From Alphaproteobacteria bacterium (lineage in GTDB: Bacteria; Pseudomonadota; Alphaproteobacteria; JAAXGF01), in the NCBI GenBank assembly GCA_963555825.3, contig CAUVXB020000001.1, positions 704,001-768,000 of the forward strand: a stretch of DNA of 64,000 nucleotides, written 5' to 3'. Below the pieces are notes generated by a model, which was given only the letters and a program-made list of their open reading frames with translations, made no database searches and had not been told where the DNA came from. The translations under genes and the position numbers were made by a program. Positions 55,143-64,000 of this stretch are shown here, one piece after another; the stretch's first letter is position 1; the number at the start of each line of letters is the position of its first letter.

Positions 55143-55780
55143 TATTCTGCGGCGTCGGCGTTGCCGATGGTTTCGAAGACGCGCAGGAAGACCTCGGGGG
55201 TCTGCGCGCCCGAGATCGCGTAATGCCGGTCGACGATGAAGCTGGGCACGCCGGTCACGCCCATGCGGCGCGCGCCGAGGTCCTCGATCTGTACCGCGTC
55301 GAGCCCGTCGCCCGAGGCGAGATAGGCGCGCGCCTCGTCGGCGTCGAGCCCGGCGTCGGCGGCGGCCTCGGCGAGCCTTTCCCGGCTGCCGACATCGACG
55401 CCTTCTTCGAAGTAACGGCGGAACAGCACCTCGACGAGTTCGTCCTGCTTGCCTTTCTCGCCGGCGAAGCGGATCAAGCGATGGGCGTCGATCGTGTTGG
55501 GCGTGCGCTGGATGCGCTCGAACCGGAAGTCGATCTTCTCGTCGGCGCCGGCCTCGGTGATCGCCGCGTAGATCTGCTGGGCCTGCTCGGCCGAGCCAAA
55601 CTTGGCCGCGAGATAGCTCTCGCGCTCCATGCCGCCGGGCGGCATATCCGGATTGAGCTGAAAGGCCCACCAATTGATGTCGACCGCAAGGTTCGGGCAT
55701 TGTGCGAGCGCGCGCTCGAGACGGCGCTTGCCGATATAGCACCAGGGGCAGACCACGTCGGATATGATGTCGATCTTCAC
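55142..55780 (-). CDS. DsbA family oxidoreductase (FrnE-like)
   Basis: SDVVCPWCYIG, FQLNP, GVPSF, SGAQ. Confidence 0.92.
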   Translation of the reverse strand: MKIDIISDVVCPWCYIGKRRLERALAQCPNLAVDINWWAFQLNPDMPPGGMERESYLAAKFGSAEQAQQIYAAITEAGADEKIDFRFERIQRTPNTIDAHRLIRFAGEKGKQDELVEVLFRRYFEEGVDVGSRERLAEAAADAGLDADEARAYLASGDGLDAVQIEDLGARRMGVTGVPSFIVDRHYAISGAQTPEVFLRVFETIGNADAAE

Positions 55781-55793
55781 GGGCCTAAGTATA

Positions 55794-55804
55794 TACCAAG
55801 GATC
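55794..55804. repeat. Solo MITE TIR remnant
   Basis: TACCAAGGATC, 11/11 match to the MITE end. Confidence 0.55.
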
Positions 55805-55907
55805 GCCATCGCAAAGCCCGGCACGGCGCCGTCATCCTTGACGGCGCGGGACGCGCGGATGACGATAGGCGCGCCCAGGAATGGCCGGGATGTGGGTTAT
55901 CGAAAAT

Positions 55908-57557
55908 ATGGCGGACGCGGCGGCATCGAACCCATTCGAGAGCGGACTCGACAAGAACGCGGCCAATTACGTGCCGCTGACGCCGCTCAGCTTCATCGCG
56001 CGGTCGGCGGCGGTGTACCCCAAGCGGACGGCATGGATCCATGGGTCCCGGCGTGTCGGCTATGCGGAATTCTACGCCCGTTGCCGGCGGCTCGCTTCGG
56101 CGCTCGGCAAGCGGGGCATCGGCCTCGGCGACACGGTGGCGGTGATGGCGCCCAGCGTGCCGGCACTGCTCGAGGCGCATTTCGGCGTGCCGATGTCGGG
56201 CGCCGTGCTCAACGCGCTCAACTATCGGCTCGACGCGTCCTCGATCGCCCATATCCTCGGTCACGGCGAGGCCAAGGCGCTGATCACCGACCGCGAGTTC
56301 GCACCGACCATCGAAGCCGCGCTCGCCGAGACCAGCGCGACGCCGATCGTCATCGACATCGACGACGCGCTCTACGAAGGCGACGGCAAGCGGCTCGGCG
56401 AGATCGAGTACGAGGACTTCATCGCCGCCGGCGACCCGGATTACGCCTGGACCGGCCCGGCCGACGAGTGGCAGGCCATCTCGCTCAACTATACCTCGGG
56501 CACGACGGGCAGCCCAAAGGGCGTCGTCTACCACCACCGGGGCGCCTATCTGAACGCCTTGGGCGACGTGCTGGCCTGGGGGCTGCCGACCGGATCGACC
56601 TACCTCTGGACGTTGCCGATGTTTCACTGCAACGGCTGGTGCTTCACCTGGTCGGTGACCGCTATGGCCGGCACCCATGTCTGTCTGCGCAGGATCGAGC
56701 CGGGCGCAGTTTTCGATGCGATCGAGGCCCATGGCGTCACGCATCTTTGCGGCGCGCCGATCATTCTCAACATGCTGGTCAACGCGCCCGACGCGGCCAA
56801 GCGACGTTTCGACCGGACCATCGAGATTGCGACCGGTGGCGCCGCGCCGCCGTCGGCGATTATCGACGGCATGGCCAAGCTCGGCTTCCGTGTCACCCAT
56901 CTCTACGGGTTGACCGAGACCTATGGGCCGACGACGATGTGCGCTTGGCAGGATGCCTGGGACGATCTGTCGTCGGCCGATCTGGCGACCATGCTGGCAC
57001 GCCAGGGCGTCGGCTATCCGACGCTCGAGGGCCAGCGCGTCATGGACCCCGAAAGCATGATACCGCTGCCCGCCGATGGTGAAGCGATGGGCGAGATGAT
57101 GATACGCAGCAACACCGTGATGAAGGGCTATCTCAAGGACGCCGACGCGACCGCGAATGCGTTTCGCGGCGGCTGGTTCCACACCGGCGACCTCGGCGTC
57201 ACCCACCCGGACGGCTACGTCGAGATCAAGGACCGCGCGAAGGATATTGTCATCTCGGGCGGCGAGAACATCCCGACCATCGAAGTCGAGAGCGTGCTCT
57301 ACCGGCATCCGGCGGTGCTCGAGGCCGCGGTGGTCGCGCGGCCCGACGAGAAATGGGGCGAAACGCCCTGCGCCTTCGTCGATCTCAAGGATGGCGCCGA
57401 CGGGGTGACCGCCGAGCAGATCATCACGTTCTGCCGCGATCATATGGCGCATTTCAAGGCCCCCAAGTCCGTCGTCTTCGGGCCTCTGCCCAAGACCTCG
57501 ACGGGCAAGATCCAGAAGTTCGCACTGCGCGACCGGGCGCGCGAGCTTCGCGATTGA
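55908..57557 (+). CDS. Acyl-CoA synthetase (AMP-forming)
   Basis: NYVPLTPLSF, YTSGTTGSPKG, YGLTE, GWFHTGD, SGGEN, TGKIQK. Confidence 0.93.
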   Translation: MADAAASNPFESGLDKNAANYVPLTPLSFIARSAAVYPKRTAWIHGSRRVGYAEFYARCRRLASALGKRGIGLGDTVAVMAPSVPALLEAHFGVPMSGAVLNALNYRLDASSIAHILGHGEAKALITDREFAPTIEAALAETSATPIVIDIDDALYEGDGKRLGEIEYEDFIAAGDPDYAWTGPADEWQAISLNYTSGTTGSPKGVVYHHRGAYLNALGDVLAWGLPTGSTYLWTLPMFHCNGWCFTWSVTAMAGTHVCLRRIEPGAVFDAIEAHGVTHLCGAPIILNMLVNAPDAAKRRFDRTIEIATGGAAPPSAIIDGMAKLGFRVTHLYGLTETYGPTTMCAWQDAWDDLSSADLATMLARQGVGYPTLEGQRVMDPESMIPLPADGEAMGEMMIRSNTVMKGYLKDADATANAFRGGWFHTGDLGVTHPDGYVEIKDRAKDIVISGGENIPTIEVESVLYRHPAVLEAAVVARPDEKWGETPCAFVDLKDGADGVTAEQIITFCRDHMAHFKAPKSVVFGPLPKTSTGKIQKFALRDRARELRD

Positions 57558-57567
57558 GGAACAGCCG

Positions 57568-58346
57568 ATGACCAACCCCTTCTTCCTCGCCGACAAGGTG
57601 GCGATCATCTCGGGCGCATCGAGCGGGCTCGGCCATCACTTCGCGGTGGCCCTTGCTCGCGCCGGCGCCAAGGTCGCGCTGGGCGCGCGGCGCGTCGACC
57701 GGTTGCAGGAGGTGGTTGCCGAGATCGAAGGATTCGACGGCCGCGCGCTGGCCGTCGCGCTCGACGTCACCGACAGCGACAGCGTGCGCGAGGCGGTCGC
57801 CGCCGCCGAGACCGAGCTCGGGCCGATCTCGATCCTGGTCAACAACGCCGGTATCTCGGGCGGCGCCAAACGCGCCATCGAGGTCGAGGAGGCCGAGTGG
57901 CTCAGTGTGTCATCGACGTCAACCTCAACGGCGTCTGGCGCATGGCCCAAGAGGTCGCGAAACACATGGTGCGGCTGGGTCACGGTGGCTCGATCATCAA
58001 CATCGCATCGATGCTCGGGCTTGCCGCCGTACCGTACATACCCGCCTACTGCGCTTCGAAGGCCGCGGTCGTCAACCTGACGCGGGCGCTGGCGGTCGAA
58101 CTCGCGAAACACGACATCCGCGTCAACGCCATCGCGCCGGGTTATTTCGAAAGCGAGATGACCCATGAATTCCTGGGCAGCGCCGAGGGCCGTACGATGA
58201 TCGGTCAGATACCGCAGCGCCGCAGCGGCAATCCGGCCGAGCTCGATGGCGCGCTATTGCTGTTGGCGTCCGATGCGTCGAGCTACATGACCGGCAGCGT
58301 GCTGACCGTGGATGGCGGCCACACGCTGGTCATTCCGTCTCGTTAG
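57568..58346 (+). pseudogene. SDR oxidoreductase, frameshift at GTGTGT (57905-57910)
   Basis: GASSGLG and NNAG in one frame; NLNG, YCASK, NAIAPG in another. Confidence 0.82.
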
Positions 58347-58375
58347 ACGAGAGATAGCATTCGACCGGGGCGACC

Positions 58376-60058
58376 ATGACGAACCCACGCGATCGATTCG
58401 ACTACATCGTCGTTGGCGCCGGCTCGGCCGGCTGCATCCTCGCGGCGCGTCTGGCGGCCGACGGCGAGACGCGCGTGTTGTTAATCGAGGCTGGCGGCAG
58501 TGATCGGCATTGGACCGTTCAGATGCCCGGCGGCGTGCGGTCGCACTACCGTCCCGGCAGCCGCTTCAACTGGCACTTTTCGAGCGTGCCGCAGCGGCAC
58601 CTCGACGGGCGCGAAATCTACCAGCCGCGGGGCAGGGGATTGGGCGGTTCGTCGTCGATCAACGGCATGGTGTATCTGCGCGGCCACCCGCTCGACTATC
58701 AGCGCTGGGTGCTCGAGGGCGCGGCGGGTTGGTCCTATGCCGAGGTGCTGCCCTATTTCAAGCGGCTCGAGCGGTTCGAGCCGGGCGCCGACACCTACCG
58801 CGGCGGCGACGGCCCGGTCGGCGTGCGCCGGCAGATCGACCTCGATCCACTCAGCGCGGCATTTCTCGAGGCCGGGCGCCAGGCGGGCTTTCCCGTCACG
58901 GACGACGTCAACGGCCACCGCCAGGAAGGCTTCTGTCGCTTCGACATGAACGTCGACGGCGGTGTGCGCGCGAGCACGGCCCAGGCCTATCTCCATAATG
59001 CGCCGCGGTGCGCCAACCCGACCATCCGCACGGGCGTCCTGGTGCAGCGGGTGATTGTGGACGGACCGCGCGCGGTCGGCGTCGAGTTCGGGCGTCAGGA
59101 CCGAGTCGAAACGGCGCACGCCGAACGCGAGGTCATCGTCGCGGCCGGCGCCTTCGGCTCGCCCCAGCTGTTGATGCTGTCGGGCGTCGGCCCGGCCGAC
59201 CACCTGCGTGCACACGGCATCGACGTGCATACCGATCTGCCGGGTGTCGGCGGTAACCTGCACGACCACCTGGAGGTCCATGTCCAGCACCGGTGCCGCG
59301 AACCGGTATCGCTCAACCGCTATCTGCGCCTGGACCGCAAGCTGCGCGTTGGCGTCCAATGGTTCCTGTTCAAATCGGGCGTCACCGCGCGCAACCAGCC
59401 AAACACCGGCGCCTTCCTGTGCGGCAACGACGGCGTCGACCACCCCAATGTCCAGTTTCACTTCTTCCCCGCTTTCTTCGGTGGCGACTGGATCGTGCGC
59501 GCCGACCAACAGGGCTATCGGCTAGGCACTGGCACCATGCGCGGGGCGAGCCGCGGCACGCTTCGCCTGGCTTCGGCCGACGCGGCGGCCGCGCCGCTGA
59601 TCGATCCCAATTACCTGGCCACCGAGGTGGACCGCGTCGAGCTGCGCGAGGCCTTCCGATTGGCACGGGAGACCCTCGCACAGCCGGCCTTCACGCGCTT
59701 CGACGCCGGCGAGGCCGACCCCGGACCCGAGGTGCGGACCGACGCGGAAATCGACGCCTATATCCGCCAGGCATCGGGCAGTGCCTATCACCCCTGCGGC
59801 ACCTGCCGCATGGGCGGCGAGGGCGACACGGGCGCGGTGGTCGACAACCAGGGCCGGGTGAGGGGGCTCGAAGGCCTGCGCGTGGTCGACGCCTCGATCA
59901 TGCCGTCGATCGTCTCGAGCAACCTCAATTGCGTGGTGATGATGATGGCCGAGAAACTCTCCGACGCGATCCTCGGCAGGTTGCCACTCGAACCAATCGA
60001 CGCCGATTTCGCCGCCCGCGCCGCTGTAATGGAGATCGAACATGTCGCGAATCGCTGA
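58376..60058 (+). CDS. GMC oxidoreductase (choline dehydrogenase-like)
   Basis: GAGSAG, GGSSSINGM, LMLSGVG, HPCGTCRMG, VVDASIMP. Confidence 0.92.
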   Translation: MTNPRDRFDYIVVGAGSAGCILAARLAADGETRVLLIEAGGSDRHWTVQMPGGVRSHYRPGSRFNWHFSSVPQRHLDGREIYQPRGRGLGGSSSINGMVYLRGHPLDYQRWVLEGAAGWSYAEVLPYFKRLERFEPGADTYRGGDGPVGVRRQIDLDPLSAAFLEAGRQAGFPVTDDVNGHRQEGFCRFDMNVDGGVRASTAQAYLHNAPRCANPTIRTGVLVQRVIVDGPRAVGVEFGRQDRVETAHAEREVIVAAGAFGSPQLLMLSGVGPADHLRAHGIDVHTDLPGVGGNLHDHLEVHVQHRCREPVSLNRYLRLDRKLRVGVQWFLFKSGVTARNQPNTGAFLCGNDGVDHPNVQFHFFPAFFGGDWIVRADQQGYRLGTGTMRGASRGTLRLASADAAAAPLIDPNYLATEVDRVELREAFRLARETLAQPAFTRFDAGEADPGPEVRTDAEIDAYIRQASGSAYHPCGTCRMGGEGDTGAVVDNQGRVRGLEGLRVVDASIMPSIVSSNLNCVVMMMAEKLSDAILGRLPLEPIDADFAARAAVMEIEHVANR

Positions 60059-61297
60059 TCTCGAAACCGTCGTCGCGCACGGCCTCTGCGCCAGTTGCGG
60101 TCTGTGCGAGAGCATCGCCGGGCGCGACCGCATCGAGATGGCGATCACGTCCTATGGCCAAATGCGACCCCAGATCAAACGCTCGCTCGAGCCAGACGTG
60201 CTCGACGACATCCTGGCGGTCTGCCCTATGGGGTCACGGTGACCGGACCGGCACCCGATCAGGCCGGGCCATCGGGCCACATGGACCCAATCTACGGCCC
60301 GATAACGACGCTACACCTCGGCTGGGCGGCGGACGATGCCGTGCGCCATCACGCGGCGGCCGGCGGTGCGATGACCGCGCTCGGCTGCTATCTGATCGAG
60401 AGCGGTGAGGTCGACGCCGTGCTCCATGTCGGGGTCTCGGCGGCCGACCCGATGCAGACCGACGCCCGGATCAGCACGACGCCCGAGGCGGTCGTTTCGG
60501 GGGCGCAGTCGCGCTATGGCCCGGCGCCACCGCTGCGCCACGTCCACCGCCTGCTCGACGAGGGCCGGACCTTCGCGGTCATGGCCAAGCCCTGCGACAT
60601 CGCGGCGATCCGTAACCTGGCGCGCATCGATGCGCGGGTCGAGGCGCAGATTCCCTACTGTCTGTCGATCTTCTGCGGCGGCTTGCCGACGCTGCACACC
60701 GCCCGCAAGATCGCCGCCTATCACGGCATCGAGGCCGAGCAGGTCGCGGTCTTCCGATGGCGCGGCGAGGGCTGGCCGGGACCGACCCATGTCGAGAGCA
60801 TCGACGGGCGCGCCTTCGACCTAAGCTACGACCAGGTCTGGTACGGCGACGGCATGCCATGGACCTACGACCTCCAGTTCCGCTGCAAGATCTGCCCCGA
60901 CGCGATCGGCGAACTGGCCGACGTCGCCTTGCCCGACGGCTGGGTCATGGAAGACGGCAAGCCGGTGCACAAGGAAGCGCCTGGCGTGAACGTCTTCGTC
61001 GCGCGCACGCCGAAGGGCGCGGCCCTGGTCGCCAGGGCAGCCGAGGCCGGCGCGATCGAGATCGAACCGTTCACCGATGCCGCGTTGGACGCCATGCACG
61101 GCGACCACCGGCCGCGCAAGACCGGCTGGCCGACGCGCATGCTGGGCTTGATGGCGGCCGGCGCGCCCCATCTGCGCGTGCACCGCTACCGGCGATGGGC
61201 GGCGATCGCCGCAGCCGGCTTCGGGCACGGCTGGCGCGGCTTCTGGGGAACCCGGCGCCGCGCGCGGGCGGGCGCGAACCGCGAGCCGCTCGCCTAG
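60042..61297 (+). pseudogene. Coenzyme F420 hydrogenase beta subunit (FrhB)-like Fe-S flavoprotein, frameshift near 60228
   Basis: CASCGLC..CP then GVTV in another frame; AGG, QSRY, KPCD, FCGG, RCKICPD. Confidence 0.78.
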
Positions 61298-61462
61298 TTG
61301 GCGTGTTGGGTTAGTGGGTGATGCCGCGCAGGCGTTCGCCGCGGCGGCGCGATCGCCGCGCGATCAGTACAAAACGTCCGCCTTCACAAAAGCGACGGCG
61401 TGACATCCGCCTCCGTATCGGGCCTAGCGGATGCATCCCGCCGATGCCTTGGCGGAGGTGGA

Positions 61463-61553
61463 TGGCGGATGGGGTGGGATTCGAACCCACGAGAGGCTGT
61501 TAACCCCTGCCGGTTTTCAAGACCGGTGCCTTCAACCGCTCGGCCACCCATCC
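61463..61553 (-). tRNA. tRNA-Ser (TGA)
   Basis: Acceptor GGATGGG/CCCATCC, anticodon arm CCGGT-CTTGAAA-ACCGG, long variable arm, GCCA end. Confidence 0.97.
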
Positions 61554-62009
61554 AATAGAGGTTTTCTGCCACTGTCTAGGCACCCTCTCAATCCGGTTTC
61601 GGATATAGCACCATACTTAGCACCAAATAACCCCGAGCGCCGAGGTTCGGCCAACGCGGGGCCTTTCGTTATGATGTCAGATCTCAATCGGCCGTTCGAG
61701 GTCACGGCAAACGGCGATTACCGGAGCTTCGGAGAACTTATCCACCGCCATGCCGTCGCGGGCGTCATCCTCGATCGCGCATCGCGTCTCGGCGAGCTTG
61801 AACAGTACACCCGACAGGCTGCGGGCCGGCGTGTCGAGAAAGCGTCGTCAGGCCCTATCATGCGCCTATGCGACGCACGCTGCGCGCGCCTGCAACGCCT
61901 GGATTGCGACAGCCGGCCGGTCGGCGATCCTCGCCGCGTCAGCCTTGTCTTGCGACACTATCGTGGGCGTCTCGTGTTGGGTGAATTCGACGTAACGCTC
62001 GGCCAATTC

Positions 62010-62651
62010 ACTGTCGGCGCAATCGACGGCCACGCGCTTGCGCCGATCGTCGCCGTGGCGCTCGGCACCAACGCGAGGCGCGGCGAAGTACTCGGCCTGC
62101 GGTGAGCCGATGTCGACCTCGACGCCGCGACCATCCGCGTCGAACACAGCATCGAGGAGACGGCAGAGGGATTGCGCTTTGAGCCCTCGAAGACGAAGCA
62201 CGGGCGGCGAAAGATCACGATCGGTCCCAGTACGATTTCGGTCCTGCGAAAACACCGCCGGCGCCAACTCGAGGCGCGCTTGGCCTCGGGCATCGGTAAG
62301 CCCGATCCCGACGCACTCGTCTTCAGCAGGCCCGACGGCGCACCCATATCGCCGGGCAACCTCAGCCGCGACTGGCGACGGCTGGTGATTTACCGCAAGC
62401 TTCCCCGCGTGTCGTTTCATGCGCTCCGGCACACGCATGCCGGCGCACTGGTTTCTGGTGGCCTCGATGCGGTGACGGTCAGCCGGCACGTGAGGCACGG
62501 TTCGCCCCGGATCACGTTGCAGATCTACTCGCATCTGTTCGAGCAAAGCGACAACGCGGCAACCGAGGTCATCGACGCAGCCTTGCGAACGGATGCCGAA
62601 CGGAAATCGCGCCCATTGGCACCGATAATCATTTCATCGAGGTCTGCATAG
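62010..62651 (+). pseudogene. Tyrosine integrase remnant (catalytic domain only)
   Basis: GTNARRGEVLGLR*ADVDL (TGA at 62103), KT, FHALRHTHA, HGS..TLQIYSH; N-terminus missing, 5' boundary approximate. Confidence 0.85.
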
Positions 62652-62894
62652 ATGAAAGCGACCGCGTTTGGCCGATGCTGCACTCGGGATCGCGTTGCTG
62701 CGGCACCGGCATCACGAACTTCCGAAAATGGCTGCCCTCGGCTAATTCCAGACATTGAGCGATTGATGCTATGAGGTCCGCTTCCTGCTCGAATGCGGAA
62801 GTGAGTGTCATGAAATTTGGAAGTTGCGCTCTCTGCGTCCGGTTACCGCTCGGAAGCGGACCCCGCGCGATCATGCCGCCGTTGTCTGCATATG

Positions 62895-64000
62895 ACCCAG
62901 CCTGTGTAAAAACGTCGATGGTGTTATGATTCTCTCGTGCTTTGGCGGGAGGGTCTGATGAAGCGTTTTGTCGAGGGTGTCGATCGCAGCCAGGGCACGT
63001 TGTTTCCGGAGCGCCTGGAAGACTGGATCGGCGACGACAACCCGGTTCGGGCGATCGACGTCTTCGTCGATGAGCTCGATCTTGGCGGCCTCGGGTTCGA
63101 CCGGGTCGAGCCGCTGGCGACCGGCAGGCCGGCCTATCATCCTTGCGATTTGTTGAAGCTCTACATCTACGGCTATCTCAACCGGGTTCAGTCGAGCCGT
63201 CGGCTCGAGAGGGAGGCCGGGCGCAATGTGGAAGTGATGTGGCTGGTCGGCCGGCTGGCGCCGGATCACAAGACGATCGCCGACTTCCGCAAGGACAACG
63301 GCCGTGCGATCCGCAAGGTCTGCGCCCGGTTCGTCGCGCTGTGCCGGCAACTCGGGCTGTTCGCCGAGGCGAGCGTGGCGATCGATGGCTCGAAGTTCAA
63401 GGCGGTCAACAGCCGGGACAGGAACTTCACGCGGGCCAAGATGGCGCGGCGGGTGGCGCAGATCGAGGAGAGCGTTGCGCGCTATCTGGACCAGTTGGAC
63501 AGCGCCGACCGGCAAGAGCCGTCGCTGGCGCGCACGACCAAGACGACTCGTCTGGCCGACAAGATCGCGATCCTCAAGGAGGAGATGCGGCGCCTGAAGG
63601 CGCTTGAAGTCGAGCGGCGTGCGAGCCCGGACCAGCAGATCTCTCTGAGCGATCCCGATGCCCGCTCGATGGCGACGAGCGGCCGGGGTTCCGGCGTGGT
63701 CGGCTACAACGTTCAGGCCGCCGTCGACACCAAGCACCACCTGATCGTCGCCCACGAGGTGACCAATCAGGGCACCGACCGCGCCCAGCTCTCAGCCATG
63801 GCGAAGCGGACCAAGGCGGCTCTGGAGACCGACGAGTTGGATGTCGTTGCCGATCGCGGCTACTACAACGGCAAGGAGATTCTGGCCTGCGATGAGGCCG
63901 GCATCACCGTCACATTGCCTAAGCCGCTGACCTCTGGAGCCAAGGCCAAGGGCCGCTTCGGCAAACAGGACTTCGTCTATCTGGCCGCCGACGATGTCTA
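62895..64000 (+). mobile_element. IS1182 family element (runs off the window)
   Basis: End-like sequence ACCCAGCCTGTGTAAAAAC upstream of the transposase; exact end approximate. Confidence 0.75.
62958..64000 (+). CDS. IS1182 family transposase (3' partial)
   Basis: MKRFVEGVDRSQGTLFP, GRPAYHP, SSRRLE, PDHKTIADFR, IDGSKF, GYNVQ, ADRGY. Confidence 0.92.
   Translation, partial: MKRFVEGVDRSQGTLFPERLEDWIGDDNPVRAIDVFVDELDLGGLGFDRVEPLATGRPAYHPCDLLKLYIYGYLNRVQSSRRLEREAGRNVEVMWLVGRLAPDHKTIADFRKDNGRAIRKVCARFVALCRQLGLFAEASVAIDGSKFKAVNSRDRNFTRAKMARRVAQIEESVARYLDQLDSADRQEPSLARTTKTTRLADKIAILKEEMRRLKALEVERRASPDQQISLSDPDARSMATSGRGSGVVGYNVQAAVDTKHHLIVAHEVTNQGTDRAQLSAMAKRTKAALETDELDVVADRGYYNGKEILACDEAGITVTLPKPLTSGAKAKGRFGKQDFVYLAADDV

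Noticed and set aside
62103-62105. In-frame TGA in the integrase as recoding
   Set aside because: It replaces a conserved Trp in a truncated gene; TGA is a normal stop elsewhere in the window
62770-62865. Possible mini CRISPR array
   Set aside because: Only two degenerate units, irregular period, no cas genes

Overview
GC-rich alphaproteobacterial chromosome segment (Rhodospirillales-like gene order; taxon is inference). The housekeeping backbone includes rpmG, mucR, glyA-nrdR-ribD-ribE-ribB(X)-ribH-nusB-thiL, hppA, bamE, yceD-rpmF-plsX-fabH-ihfA-tRNA-Pro, recG, sdhE-mfd and tRNA-Ser, with many catabolic or secondary-metabolism genes (DddP-like M24 protein, type III PKS plus methyltransferase, CoA ligase/SDR/GMC/FrhB-like cluster). 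Mobile DNA is dense: two apparently identical IS630 copies, two apparently identical IS3-like elements that both carry an unusual 14-bp target duplication, a triple nest (IS630 inside IS21 inside IS1595), an IS1182 next to an integrase remnant, and a 260-280 bp Y-shaped MITE. The MITE occurs twice in full at stop codons. Three solo terminal remnants of it each point into a gene start beside a -10-like hexamer, suggesting domesticated promoters. Several genes carry 1-2 bp frameshifts (real decay or long-read errors). No CRISPR array or rRNA was seen. All calls come from reading the sequence; no database searches were run.
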